Of a DNA stretch of 64,000 nucleotides, positions 1 to 13,075 are shown piece by piece. Made by a program: the position numbers and the translations under genes. Each line of letters opens with the position of its first letter. Within the stretch, counting starts at the first letter, position 1. The notes beneath the pieces were generated by a model. That model ran no database searches and was not told where the DNA came from. It saw nothing but the letters and a program-made list of their open reading frames with translations. This stretch comes from Eledone cirrhosa (lineage: Eukaryota): positions 44,392,001-44,456,000 of the forward strand of contig OZ024745.1 of assembly GCA_964016885.1 (NCBI GenBank), given 5' to 3'.

Positions 1-389
1 TAGTAGCAATATGTACCAAAAATTAGTTCAGTATTGCAAGAAGCTTTAAAATGTCAAATGTATGACATTTGTTTGCTTCAATATTAACTTTTTCTATATT
101 ATTGATACTTGGAATGAGAAGAGAGTATGGAAACTATAAGAGGATTGGAACTTACATTAGTGGATGTCCATAATCTGACTTTGCAAATTAATGACTGCAA
201 ACCCATGTGTATGTGTGTGTGTATATATCGGGTAAAGAATAAAGGCCCTCTTCTCGGGCACAAATAATCATGGGATTTGCACCTAAAAAGTTCCCTCGAA
301 AGCACAAGGCCATGCAGGATATTTTTGTGGAAGATCAGCAGCCATCCATATTGTCCAAAGGAAAACCAAAGGCCAATACAGCTTGGCAC

Positions 390-545
390 CAGTGAAGTTG
401 AAACTCATTTTTCCAGCTGAGTGAACTCAAGTAACGTAAAATAAAGTGTCTTGCTCCAGGACACAATGCATCGCCCAGTCTGGGAATTGAACCCCAAATC
501 TCATAATTGTTAATCCAACTCTCTAACCACTAAGCCATTCACCTT
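390..545 (-). mobile_element. tRNA-derived CORE-like SINE, family C (representative copy)
   Basis: aataaagtgtcttgctc.agga.acaa...ggaattgaac...ctctaaccactaagcca; copies at about 56870-57012 (-) and 31375-31490 (+); related elements near 11365, 23205, 40730. Confidence 0.7.
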
Positions 546-580
<35 letters not shown>

Positions 581-764
581 TTATATGGCATTATGCAGTA
601 ATACAGAAGACTTGCCTTCCCGTGCGCTTGAACTTAGCATACATCTAATAAGCACCTCTTTAGCACTATCCTCCCTCCTCATTCCATACACCTCTCATGC
701 CAACATCCCACCCACATCTGATCACACCACCCTTCTTCCATGCCTTTACACCCTTGCCTCAGTC

Positions 765-982
765 CCAGCCCACACTGTAAAGTGGTCGTGTAGGTGTCAC
801 AACAAAAATCACCCAGCACACACTGTAAATGTGGTTTGCATAGGAAGGGCATCCAGCCATAGAAACCAAGCCAGAAACAGTTCTGTATGAGTAAGATTTG
901 GTCATCTGACCTGACTTGCCTCAAACAGGACAACTTGTCTAACCCATGCTGGCATGGAAAATCGACATTAAATAATGATGAT
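765..982 (+). mobile_element. RTE-related short element, family B (representative copy)
   Basis: Core ctgtaaagtggttgg..aggaagggcatccagc..tagaaacc plus tail aacccatgc..gcatggaaa..gac.ttaaa(tga)n; relatives near 2620-2900, 3200-3365, 15860-16150, 21440-21755, 25055-25350, 27000, 42830, 45005-45235, 46060-46345, 47475, 56705, 63105. Confidence 0.75.
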
Positions 983-3900
983 ATAGGCTGTGTGTATTTG
1001 GTTTAAAATAGTTACACTGTATCCCTGCATGTCATAAGAAGTGACTAAAAGGGATGTCAGAAAAGGCAATCCATCTGTAAAAAAAAGCACTATTTGAGAC
1101 ACAGAATCTGCCCACTGATCCAACTTATACCAAATATATGTTGGTGTTATTGTTGTCATAGTTGCATCTCATAATAGAAGTTCTCGGGTATATTAATAAT
1201 AGGGGCTCCAGTTCTATCATGTCCCTATTTAGAACAGAATGAGAACTAATATTCAAGAGATCCTATTTTCTATTCTAAAAATTCCACCAATTCACTGCTT
1301 TGGACTGGTACTTTTATTGACCCTGAAATGATGAAAAGCATGGTTGAACTGGGTTTGATTTGAACTCAGACCACAGAGAACCAGAACAAATAACAAGCAA
1401 ATTTGACACTTTAATGACTCTGCCAGTTTGTTGTCTTCAGTATCTGTTGCTTGTTGAACAGCTGTGTTACCTATTAATATACTATAGAAAACCTATTTGT
1501 TTCTGCTATTTTAAAATTTTGTCTCTACAAATATGTCACTTGCTTCACAGAAAATCCATTTGTCATTTAATATAGGTAGGATAGGCTATTCCAATCATAT
1601 CCAATTTATGTAAAATATCATTTGTATTATATCATCCAGCCATGAATTTATTGGTTCACATTGATGGGCTGAATTCTTACAGTAGTGGAAGACCTTGTTA
1701 TGTTGGGTGTAGAGGCATGTAAAATACATTGTACTGAGATAATTGATAGAAATGTAACTTTACTGCTGTAGAAGATTGGGAAATGGAATGAGTTATTGGG
1801 AATATCATATCATGGAGTAATTATCATTTAATGACCATTTTCCCAGTTAGTAACTTTAAGACACTCCCACTGACCTCTCGGGTGGTCCAGGAGCCTGTAT
1901 CTTGCTTACATGTATTCCTGCACACTGCTGAGTGCTCAGACAGGCCAGGGACCTTCATCTCTCTTACATACATTCCTGTGCACTACCAGGTACATTTTAT
2001 CATGACACCAGCATTAGGGAGGTTTTCATGTCTTTGACACAGCTGAAGAGTCCTCCCAATCCTTTGAGTGATAGGTTTTCTATGGCTGGATGCTTTTCCT
2101 GTTACCAACTACCTTACAGAGTGTACTAGGTGCATTTATCATGCAAATCACCAACATTAGAGAGGTTGATATGTCTTTGACACAACTTAAGAGCTCCACC
2201 AGAGTTTGTGAATCTGCTCAAATCAAAGATTGAAATTGAGTAAATAAGCACTGAAATCTTTATTTTATCTTAGAAACATAAATCTATGAAGAAAAGAAAT
2301 TTAAAAAAATTTACATAGCCAACAGTTTAAATTTAACCAAGAGAGAATCCAGGTGTGAATAGTTTTCAGTAATAGCATTATTTCTGATACATACATGCCA
2401 AAACTTGTCGACTATTATTGATTTTAACCATAGCAGATATGGTTGTTTTCTCTTTTTCTTTTTTCTAGTCTGTTGGGGTCCATGGATCAGATAAAAAAAC
2501 AATTTGTCAGAGTGACCTATTTCAGTTGTCTAATCTGCAAATTTCGTTCTCATAATAATTGTTAATTAATTAACATACAGCTTTCTCATTAAACAGTATA
2601 TATTGTAATGAAGCTCATCATTATTTCATGTCTGCTTTCCATGCTTGCATGAGTTGGATGGGTTGTCACAGTCTAAAACCATATGGGTTGAAGCAGCCTC
2701 ATCTTGCTCATATGTTCCATATTTGGCATAGTTTCTATGGTTAGATGCCTTTCCTAATACAACCCCCTTTCAGGGTGCACTGGGTATGTTTTATCATAAC
2801 CTATCACTTTACAGAGTGTACTGGGTGCTTCTTATTGTGGTACCAACACTAGGGAGGTTGTCACATACTCATTCAGACAAGAGTCCTCTAAGACCTTAAA
2901 TTGTATTTGTTTTATTGCTGGCACTATAGCCTTTGGTCTCTCACCATGTTTATTATCATTTTTAGTGTTGTGCTTGTACTGATGAACAAGTATTTTGTTT
3001 AATGGCATTTTAATTATTTAGCTGATTCATTGTATTACCATTTATAAGGTTGGTTCCAAAATGGCTGTTACACTCCCACCCAGGATGTGATTTGAGGTTG
3101 CTTAAGATAGACTAAGGATATAAACATACACAACACGACAAAAAAAACACACAGTCCACGCTGTAATGTGGCCGTGTAGGTAACACGGTAAAAACCTCTC
3201 AGTTCACACTGTAAACGTGGTTGGTGTTAGGAAGGGCATCCAGCTGTAGAAAACCCACCAGACAGTCCTATACGAGCAAGACAACCAATCTTGCCTCAAG
3301 TGGGAAAATTCCTGTCCAAACCCATGTAAGCGTGGAAGATGGATGTTAAACGATGATGATGATGAAGTGGATATGGAGTTTATTGTCACTCTTATAAATT
3401 TTGTTGTTTTACAGTATTACATGACCCACTCAATTTTCTTAGTAATTTTATAGAATAGAGAGCAGCCAGATACTCTTCCTAACATCATCCACCTTACACA
3501 GTGCGCTGGATGCATTTTTTGTGATACTAGCATTACCACTTTACTGTGTGGAATGGGTGCATTTTATCATGGGACCCGCACTAACGCTTTACAGGGTATA
3601 CTGGTGCATTTTATTGTGGCATTAGAACTAGGGAAGTTGTTACATGTTCATCCAGATTGAAGGGTCCACTCAAATCCTATATTGTCTCTGATTGTCAACA
3701 CTGTAGCCTCCAGTCTCTCTCCACATTTGCTTTCAGATTGTCAGATGCTAAGCCAAACTGAAGAGCCCCCTGAAACCCTATATTGTCCTCATTTGATTTG
3801 GATTGCCAAAAACTGTACCCTCCAGTTTCTCACCCCACGTGTTTAGAGCACTGAGTATATGTAGAGCTGAAAGGATGGTTGACTGAACACATTTAGAAAT

Positions 3901-6189
3901 CACAAAACTGTGGAAGTTAAAAAGTAGAACTTTCTATTATTCTTTTGTCATCTAAAAACTTGTTGAACAAGATTGTTTAACCCTTTCATTACCATATTTA
4001 TAATGAAATACACTGTGTATGTATTTCAATTCATTTTGAAAATAATCAAATGTTTGGAGGAATTTAATAAAATAACTTTTTCACTAGTAAGCTGATATTT
4101 AACAATAATCTGTATATAAAATTAAGTATGTGTGTGTGTCTGTGTATTACCTATAGGGGCCTACATCTTCCGATTTTCATGAAACTTTACAGGCTCATAG
4201 ATTAGTCATTGGGGAGTGTTTTCTATATATCAGCGTATCGTTTTTTTTTTATTCCGGAGTCATTCTGCAGATAAAAATCGGTAGGGGGGGGGGTCACCCT
4301 TTTTTTTTAGCTCCCACATTTTGCCACAGATTTCGTTCAAATTTGAAAGCAAAATAGAATTTATCATTGCACATCCTGTAATGGCTTTATATTTTGCATT
4401 TGTTGTTCAGGGACGGCATAGCAGTTGCTTAAATATTCAAAAATACCACTTTTAGACTCAAATTTCCACTTTTCGGCTCTAGCTCCCACATTAATCAACC
4501 TACTTTGTTCAAATTTTACACAAAGAAGCTGAATCACTTTCACACCATGCCTTTATATATAGTTGCACATTAAGTAGCAACATAGGTTTTTAGATACAGA
4601 AGTCTTCTAATGGGTGAAACATCCTTCAATAAAAACTCTGCTGGAAAAGAACCAAATTTTCTAGACTGATCATGTCTGCCTGAACAGCATCTGACTACTA
4701 AAACAACTGTACGATGAACTTACTATAGGGAAGTGAGCAGCTGTCGGTCAGAAACAATGTTGCAAAGATAAGCTCAAAGTATCATTGAAAGCCATGAGTA
4801 TTGGCATATAGTCCTGGGAACAACTTGCTCACAGCAAGCTCCTATAGTGCACCTTTATTCATAAAAGCATAAAATCCTTGCTAAGGATATGCATCAAGGT
4901 AGTGGAAACCAAATGTATGCTCAACAAAGCCTGCTCAACTGGTACTTCAAATGAAACTACCAAACACATGTACCTTACATGTGGCCTTTATTTCCATCAG
5001 AATCACTCACTGGCCATTTATGGACATAAAAACTGACCAGTCAAAAAAGAAGACATAAATAATCATGGTGTTCAACTATTAATAGATGAGCAACAATGTC
5101 ATTTTGAGCAATAATGTTATTTTATTTCTATGAATGCTAATTGAATATTATTTGACCAGATAAGGCACATAACCTGTTGCTAGGGAATAAAACAACTTGA
5201 ATCTTATGTTAACTTCTAATTATGTATTTATTTGATAGAAGTAAATAAGTTCAAACTATGAAGTTTATAGTATTATTTTAGAAAGAAAAGAATAAGACTA
5301 TGGATGAGAAAAAATGGGATTTAAATTATGTTCTGAATATGTATTATTTCTTCCTTGACTATTGTTTTGTGTGTTTCACTTATTTTTCAAAATTATCAAA
5401 AATTTGAAGATATTTTTGTAAGTTTTTCATTTGTTGAGACATTAAGTTGTTGTCGAAACATAATGAAAGACAAATGTTTATCGACCTAAATCTCACATTT
5501 CCCCTATAATAACAAAGTTTCAATTTAAACTGTTTTAATATGGGTGATTTCATGGGGTTCATTGTTGAACAAGAGACAATCTCAAATTTGCCTTTAAAGG
5601 GTTAAATAAGGGTAATATGAAACAATTGTTAGTTTATCCATACAGATATGAACAAAGGAAGGTTTTTAACTCTTAATATTTTATATCGCAAGAAGTTGCA
5701 TTAGCAAGACATTCTTGAAAAGTATACAACAGTACTGATTGCATTACATGGTAAAATTAGTGTTTAGTGTACTACAAATTTTCACTTGATAATCAGTCTA
5801 CTGATAAAGCTACTATAAACATTTGAATTAACACACCTGTTTTCAGATATTTTCTACTAAATCATTACACAATGTTAAGTTATTGTAGCTGTTGCTGTAG
5901 CAGTCATACTTAATGATTGGTGTTAGTTAAACCTGTGACCAACTAGACGAAGAAGATTAGTGAAGAAATGAAGTATGATCTCAGGATGTTGTATGTCATG
6001 AAGATGACAAGGGATTGTAATCATGTAGAGAAAACCGATCTAACTCATGGAAAAACAGATATAAAATGATGAGTCTCACATCACAAATTTATTTTTTCAA
6101 TTTCAGATGGTTATAGATAATAATATATATACAGTTGTTGCACTGCAATTTTTTTTTACTCTATTTACTGATATGTGTAAGATATTTCC

Positions 6190-6410
6190 TTTAACTCTTA
6201 AAGTCCTGTACCACATGAAACCACAACAGCAAAACATTCTTGAAAAGCATAAAACAGCACTATGACTGCATCACATTAAAAACCAAAATGTTTACTTTAG
6301 TTTACAGCAAATTTTCAGTGATCAATCTGTCCATTAATAAAGATACTATAAACATTTGAATTAACAAACTCTTTTCCAGATATTTTCTCCTAAATCATTA
6401 CAGTGTTAAC
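6190..6410. mobile_element. Dispersed MITE-like family 3 (ttaactctt...cctgtaccac end)
   Basis: Direct homolog at about 5667-5880; inverted copies ending acaggatgttaagagtta or variants near 39511, 45510 and 52961. Confidence 0.6.
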
Positions 6411-9400
6411 AGTACAACATACAAATTGTTTAACAGTCTGATGTTCTTATTAAGATTCAGATCTGAGTCAAGCAGACAAAACAATGGCTGTAATTGTAAT
6501 GTTATCAGAAAATGAAGGTTTTAACTACATTAAGATTACTCGTATTATGTTTTTTCTACTTTAGTTTCTACACCAAGTAAAAGTGTAAAAGTTGTTTACA
6601 ACTTTTGCGGTCAATTTATGAGTGTTTAGAATGTGTGCACTTGTTTGTAAACAATCATTTAGTTACTTTCCGACTACACTGGTATCAACAAACGTTACAA
6701 TTTAGTGTATGATGTCAGTATAGATTTCACTGACATCTCGTCTTGATAAACTTGTGATAATGTTATCAATTATGAAATATCAGCTCCCACCTCCACCCCC
6801 CTCTCTCTCTCTATATATATATATATACATACATACACATACACATACATTAGTTAGTTTATGAAGGTCACCAAATTTAGTTCAGCAAGCACTGGCCACT
6901 ACTCACTCACTCAATAAGCTAATAGGCTTGCAAGTGAGGAAACTGCAAATTAATTGTCAGAATGCATACAACAATTAATCAGTAAGTAAGATGGCAGTGC
7001 TTAGGTAATGGTACTGGCATATCAAATCCCTGGACAGTTCCATTTCTGCACAGCATACTGTCTATAACAGTTTTTATTAATAGTGTTATGTGCAAAGAAT
7101 TAGCTTATACCAGGAGATATTATGCAATCGAGCATACTGCGCTGCATTAACAGGAGAAGCCCACCCCAACTCCTTACAGTGTAGTAGAAATATATAAAAT
7201 GCAATTGATGATAAATAAAACAAATGTTTTTACCCTGTATATTTCGATATAATATTTCAGAGCTATAACCCTCTTTTCAAATGTAAAAACGAAAACAGTT
7301 CAAAACGAAATGAATTCATCCTTTGTTCATTAATTTTGTTTTGAACCGTTTTCATTTTTACATTTGAAAAGAGCCCTGAAATATTATGTTGAAATATACT
7401 GAGTAAAAACATTACTTTGTTTTGTTTTATCATCCTTTGCCCTTTATATACTTCTATCACATTGTACTGGCTTTCTGAAACTTAGTAATTTATTACATAT
7501 CTCATAATGCTTCATATTAACTCGGTGTGTCCTATTGTTTTCTTTTTAATAATCACTTGATACCCCCACTAATTCTATACACACACACACACACATACAC
7601 ACATGTATACATATTCAATTTGATCTTGATTTATCTTCCAAGGTGAGCAATATGAAATTTGGCAGATAGTTTAACCCTGTTGCTAACATCTCTGACGTTA
7701 TTATTTATAATTATTGTTGTTTTTCGTTTTGTTTGTTATTAATATGCAAACATTATGTTAGCCATACCTAAAATGTTTCTCATATACCATTCTCTAGAGA
7801 TACTGCTACTTATATAAGTATGTTTGAATGCTCTAGTTGATATCCCATCATCATCATCTATTACATTCTTTAGGTGCCATAGTAGTCAAGGCTGTCTATT
7901 GTAAGACTGCTTACTTAACGTTTTCCTTTTCTCTTCTCTCTTAGCTATTTACCACGTGAAATCTGTGTGATATACTTTTTGTCTGGCATTTGTCCTTGAT
8001 TATTTTCTTCATCTTCTAAGGTGTTAATCTCATTAAATGTGTAAATGAAGTGGTGTAAAAACTGCCAGTTCATGCATTCTCTCTCTCTCTACTCCTTCAT
8101 CTCTCTGCCTCTACTCCCCCACCTCTCTCTAATCTTCTTCTCCCTTCTTTCTCTATCCTTTCTCATATTCTTTTCTATGACCCCTCCTCCCCGATCCATT
8201 CATTCTTTCTCATGATCCAGTGTAGTGTAATTCTCTGTTCTACTTCCACTCTGCTCAATTATTTTGCAGCTCAAGGAATTTTCTTATTCATTTGACATAG
8301 ATTTGTAATTATAGTTTCCATTTTGCTTCAAGTAGTTTCACATATTTTGTCATGAATATTTTTTTCTTTTCTTCAAAGTTATATATAATATCAACCCCCA
8401 TTTTAATATCTGTTGGTCTCCTGGAAGTTCTCAAACGTTTTCTTATTTTATTCATGTTTTCGACATTTTTGTGTTAACTTATTTCTCTTATCCTCCGGAT
8501 ATTGTTCTTAATCACATGATAGCTGTTTTATAATAGTTGTTTTATTACATAAGACTCCTGTTTGTGTATGTCAATGATAAATAGGAGATGGTGTATCTGA
8601 ATTATTTAATTATGTATATTGTAGCTAGTTTATTTATAGTGCATATACAATATTGTGACCTATTATATTATTCTATGCATTAAATTAATTTTCAAGTATT
8701 CTGATGGCTGTATAATCTTTTGTAACCTTTGAGTATTTTATTCCATCTAGATCAATGATTCCTAAGTATAGATATCTCTTACTGCAGTTTTGATGAACAC
8801 AGTTTTAATTATTGTAATTAAATTTATTCAAACCACCCTTTAATTTACAGTGTAAAATTTGATTGCAGCACTTTGAAAATGGCATGCAAACAGCTGCATG
8901 TGGCTCTGTTTCAACATGTTCCCACCTTCTCTACTGCGCCTAAGTTTCTTGCCAGTTGCCAGTGCAAATAGTTGTTACATGATTATTTGCAAATTTACCA
9001 TGAGCCTTTATAATTATAAATACTCCCCTCCCCATTCTCACCTAGCTGTATTCAAGACAAAGTGCTGCCACTCTAATACTGTATAAAGCAATACAAAGAG
9101 AATTATAACTTTAGACATTGAACCTGAAAGGTTTGATGGCTACAAAATTCAAAGCTAAGATCAGAAGAGAGTGTGTGAGAGGTTTTAGGGTGTTAACAAT
9201 ACAAAGTATTTTAGGCAAAGTGAATGACTCACTTCATGAAAGTAAAGTGGCATCTACATCATTAGTTGTACAATATACTTTGGATCAAAGTCTTGTAATC
9301 GATTGACATTTGATCCAACAATGTATTTTGGAACATGCATCTCAAGCACCTGTGATCAAACATTTGTATGCTGTGTGATCCAGAAGTAATGAGCATATGA

Positions 9401-9641
9401 GTGAGTGTCTGATCTACATGGATCTTAGTTTATAGATGAACATCACCTTAATTCCATAGGGGAGTTATGAGTGCCTGATATACATTGATCTTAGTTTATA
9501 GATGAACATCACATTAATTCATAGGCAACTGTGGAATTATATGAAAGAAAATAATGTCCAATACTACGATAATTTAAAATTAATGTAGAAATGAAATGTT
9601 TTCACACAGAATGTTAATGTCTTAAGTAGGTTAGTGATTAA

Positions 9642-10060
9642 CCCTTTAGCATTTACATTAATCTATATATACTATGGTGGATTGGCAGTATCGGTAGAGG
9701 GTCAGACGCCATGCTTTCCAGCATAGTTACGTCCCTTTACGATCTGAGTTCAAATCCCACCGTGGTTGACTTTGCCTTTCATCGTTACGGGGTCGATAAA
9801 ATAAAGTACCAGTAATGCACTGGGTAATTGCTGGCCTTGTGCCTAAAGTAGAAACAATTAATCTATATATACTATTGTATTTTCACAGTAACGGCTTTAT
9901 CTCACATAATTTTCTCCCATAATATCGAATCTATGATTTTGATATTATTTATTGTTAGTACAATACCTTAACGTTAGTATGAGTGGCCGGTTATGGCTGG
10001 TTTGAATAGAAAGAGGTGAGAGAATTTGGGCCAGATATGGCCGGTTTAAAGGCTAAAGGG
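9642..10060. mobile_element. TTAA-flanked piggyBac-like MITE, family 1, interrupted by a SINE
   Basis: TTAA|ccctttagc...gctaaaggg|TTAA; uninterrupted inverted copy at 49743-49958; partial copies near 25460-25591 and 63853-64000. Confidence 0.8.
9676..9856 (+). mobile_element. Young tRNA-derived SINE, family A
   Basis: A-box-like tggcagtatcgg, B-box gagttcaaatccc, central ctttcatc..ggggtcgataaaataaagtaccag; 19-bp TSD attaatctatatatactat. Confidence 0.9.
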
Positions 10061-12300
10061 TTAAGAGAAACAGTAAAGTGCTAGATTAAATATTTTATAG
10101 TATTCAGTTTTATAATTTTGTATTCTGAGTTTAACCCCTTCCTTGCCTTATTTATAATGAATTACACTGCATTTGAATAAATTATTAAAGCATTTGGAGG
10201 GATTAACTAAAATTATTATTTCACTACTAAGAGTAACTTATGTTAAATTCTAAATTTAAATAGGAACCCTTTAAAATGAGTGGTTTTGTTTAATAGAACC
10301 AGAGCTGGCTTTGGGTGGGTTGGTATCAAAAGGGTTAAATTCCATTGTCATAGGCCTGATCTTTCATCCAGTATACCAGTTATGCACTGGAATTGATTCA
10401 ATAACCAATATCTCTCTTGACCAAACTTATGGCTTGGTGTTAGTGGCAGTAGTTATAGAAGTAATTTCTTATTTTCCAGAACTTTTAGCTCCTTGTTCAG
10501 CTAAAATTTAAAACTAACATAACTACATGAACTTAATCTAGATATTCTTATCCCACGTATTAGGAAAGTTTGAAAAGGTTAAGGGAATTATCATTCTTTC
10601 CCAAACTATTAACTCTTTTGATACCAACTCTGGTTCCTGGGAACAAAGCCATCAATTTAAAAGGTGCCTATTTAAATTAAAATCTTCCAACATATAAAAA
10701 AAATCCTTTTTGTTATATTACAAATCTATCTTTAAAACTTGAAATACTTTTAGTAAATTCCTCCAAATTGATTAATTCAAATACAGTGTATTTTATCAGA
10801 AATATGGTAATGAAAGGGCTAAACTAAAGAAAAAGTGTATATAATACATATTTCAGCTCTGAAATGAGCAGTCAACTGTAAATTAATCTTTACCACCACA
10901 GACATATAAAAGCAATCTTTTGTTCTTCAAATAGGTTTTGTGACTTTCTCTTTCATTGCCAAGAATTCTGAACCTTGACCACTCAGCTACTTGCTCTATT
11001 AATATTTGTAATTTATTTTCATCATTAATGTCTAGAACCTGTGTAGAATCTTTCCTATTTCCCTTCATATAGCTGCCAGCTTTTGATGTAAGCTTATAGG
11101 AATTTCTTTTGCAATATATATTTTTATGGTCTGAAGTAATAAACTTTTATTCATTCCATTCCATTCCCTTTGTTAATAACATGCCCAAAATACTTATTTG
11201 AATTAGCAGCATCTCTCCCTCTCACAGTTTTAGCACATTATTTTTGAACATATATATTTTCTCACCATTTGTTGTCACAAAGAGACTGAAGTGTGTGCAT
11301 TAGATATGACTTTTCACTGAATCTCAAGGTGGCAGTGGTGGGGTTTATTACATATTGCTCCATTGGCTGAGTGGTAAAGTTCATCTCACAATCATGTATT
11401 CCTGAGTTCGATTTTATAGCAAGGCATCTTGAGGAAGTCTTCATCATAGTTTTGGGTTGACCCAACCTTTTGATTGAAATTGGGTGGAAGGGAACTGTAT
11501 GGAAGCCAGTTAGATAGATTGAACTTGTAATTCAAAGGTCTAGCCTTGTCAAATATTGTAACACACTGATTCAGTTTGGGAATTATTTTAAGGTATGTGT
11601 GTCTGTGGAATTTTTGGAAATTAAATATATAATTGGGAAAATTATGTATTTTCCTTAGTGGTTTCTTCTACCACTTTGCTTACTATTGCCAATTATGTTG
11701 AAAATGTTATTCAAATAACAAAATTGATGTATGCATGATAACAAGTGAAAATTTTACTTTTTGCAATTGTTTTATTTTGTTGAGATTAAGAATTCTATAA
11801 TATAAAAGTAAATCACCTTTATTGAAATTCCCAATGCAATAACTAAATACATGTGGCAACTCTTAAGTAATATTCAAACTTTTCATTCTTCTGCATCTAA
11901 TTATATGCCATAAAAATATTAAATATCCATTCATCTACTCCTCTGTTACTGGTGCCATGACAATGTCCACCATTGCCAATGAAGTTTCTTTTCCTCCCAC
12001 CTGCTTTCATCTTGAAGAACATCCTTCAGCATGGTGGTTGGTCTCCCAATTTGTCTGCACACATTAGGTTTCCAGAAAAGAATTCTGCCAGCAGGTCTAT
12101 TGTGACATGTCTAGTTAATACAAGCCACTGGTCGCTTTGTGATGTCTGAAGGGCTAGGATGTGAATCATAGAGCAATTTATTTGTCAAACGTGCTTTCCA
12201 GCAGTTGTTCTGGACCTTTCTCAGCTTTTGCCTGTATATATTATGTGGGATAGCAAAAAGCTAAGACAAATTTTCATGTAATTTATTTTTATCTTTTCAG

Positions 12301-12417
12301 CCTCATCCCTTTGATGAATGTCGTTTTGATGTCAGTGTCAATGATAATGTATGGTATCTACGTGCCAAAGATGTTGAAGAAAGGAAATTGTGGGTTGGTT
12401 CTATAGAATTACACAAG
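12301..12417 (+). CDS. CERT1: CERT exon: C-terminal part of PH domain
   Basis: ttttcag|...AAG|gttagt; 117 nt, phase 0-0; translates [39 protein letters not shown], closely matching the vertebrate CERT PH segment [22 protein letters not shown]. Confidence 0.96.
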
Positions 12418-13033
12418 GTTAGTGTCAGCCTTTCAATTCTTTTTAAAACTACATCAGTTGTAGATAGGAGTGTTAACCCATTTCCATTATGAATTTACAA
12501 GTGACCATAAATCTTTTGATACCAAACTGCCTGAAACTGAATCTGGTTTTACAATAAAAAGCTTTTTATTTTGAAGTGTTTAAAAAACATCAATGAAATT
12601 TTTCATTATATTTTTATGCAAGAACCTTTTACTTATGTTGCAAACACCAAATTTATAACGAAAAGGTTATATTCCTAAATCACTCCATTATTTTCAGAAT
12701 GATTTGAAAATTATAGGCAGTATATCTTTCATTAGAAATATGGTAATGTAAAGGATAAGATATATATTGGAATAATGAAGTCATATGCACACAAGAACCT
12801 ACTGGAAGAAAACATTTAAATATATTCAATGCCAATTTGTATTGCTATTTACACGTGATGTCTTTTCCACTAAAAAGGAAAAAAAATTTGTTCTGAAACT
12901 ATCATCATTTCTACCTTGACTTTTCCATGCTGGTATGGGTTGGTTGGACTTTTGGGGGCTTTTTTACAGTTAGATGTTTTTCTTGACACTTCTTACGATA
13001 CACTGCAATACATATACACCCACACACAAACAT

Positions 13034-13034
<1 letters not shown>

Positions 13035-13070
<36 letters not shown>
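13035..13070. repeat. (TG)n microsatellite
   Basis: Direct reading; others are (CA)n 548-578, (TA)n 27290-27313, 27643-27670 and 46381-46406, (CT)n 43465-43506, poly-T 26514-26546. Confidence 0.95.
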
Positions 13071-13073
<3 letters not shown>

Positions 13074-13075
13074 AT

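Noticed and set aside
9405-9525. Two-copy direct duplication of about 60 bp (a similar one at 38620-38745)
   Set aside because: Ordinary local tandem duplication with no further structure.
9676-9770. tRNA gene (A and B boxes)
   Set aside because: It is the head of a multi-copy SINE with a TSD; I see no cloverleaf or terminator.
1-12300. First CERT exons (WTNYIHGWQ...CRGSI) or another gene
   Set aside because: No matching translation found by eye; the ORFs here are short and derived from repeats or low-complexity DNA.
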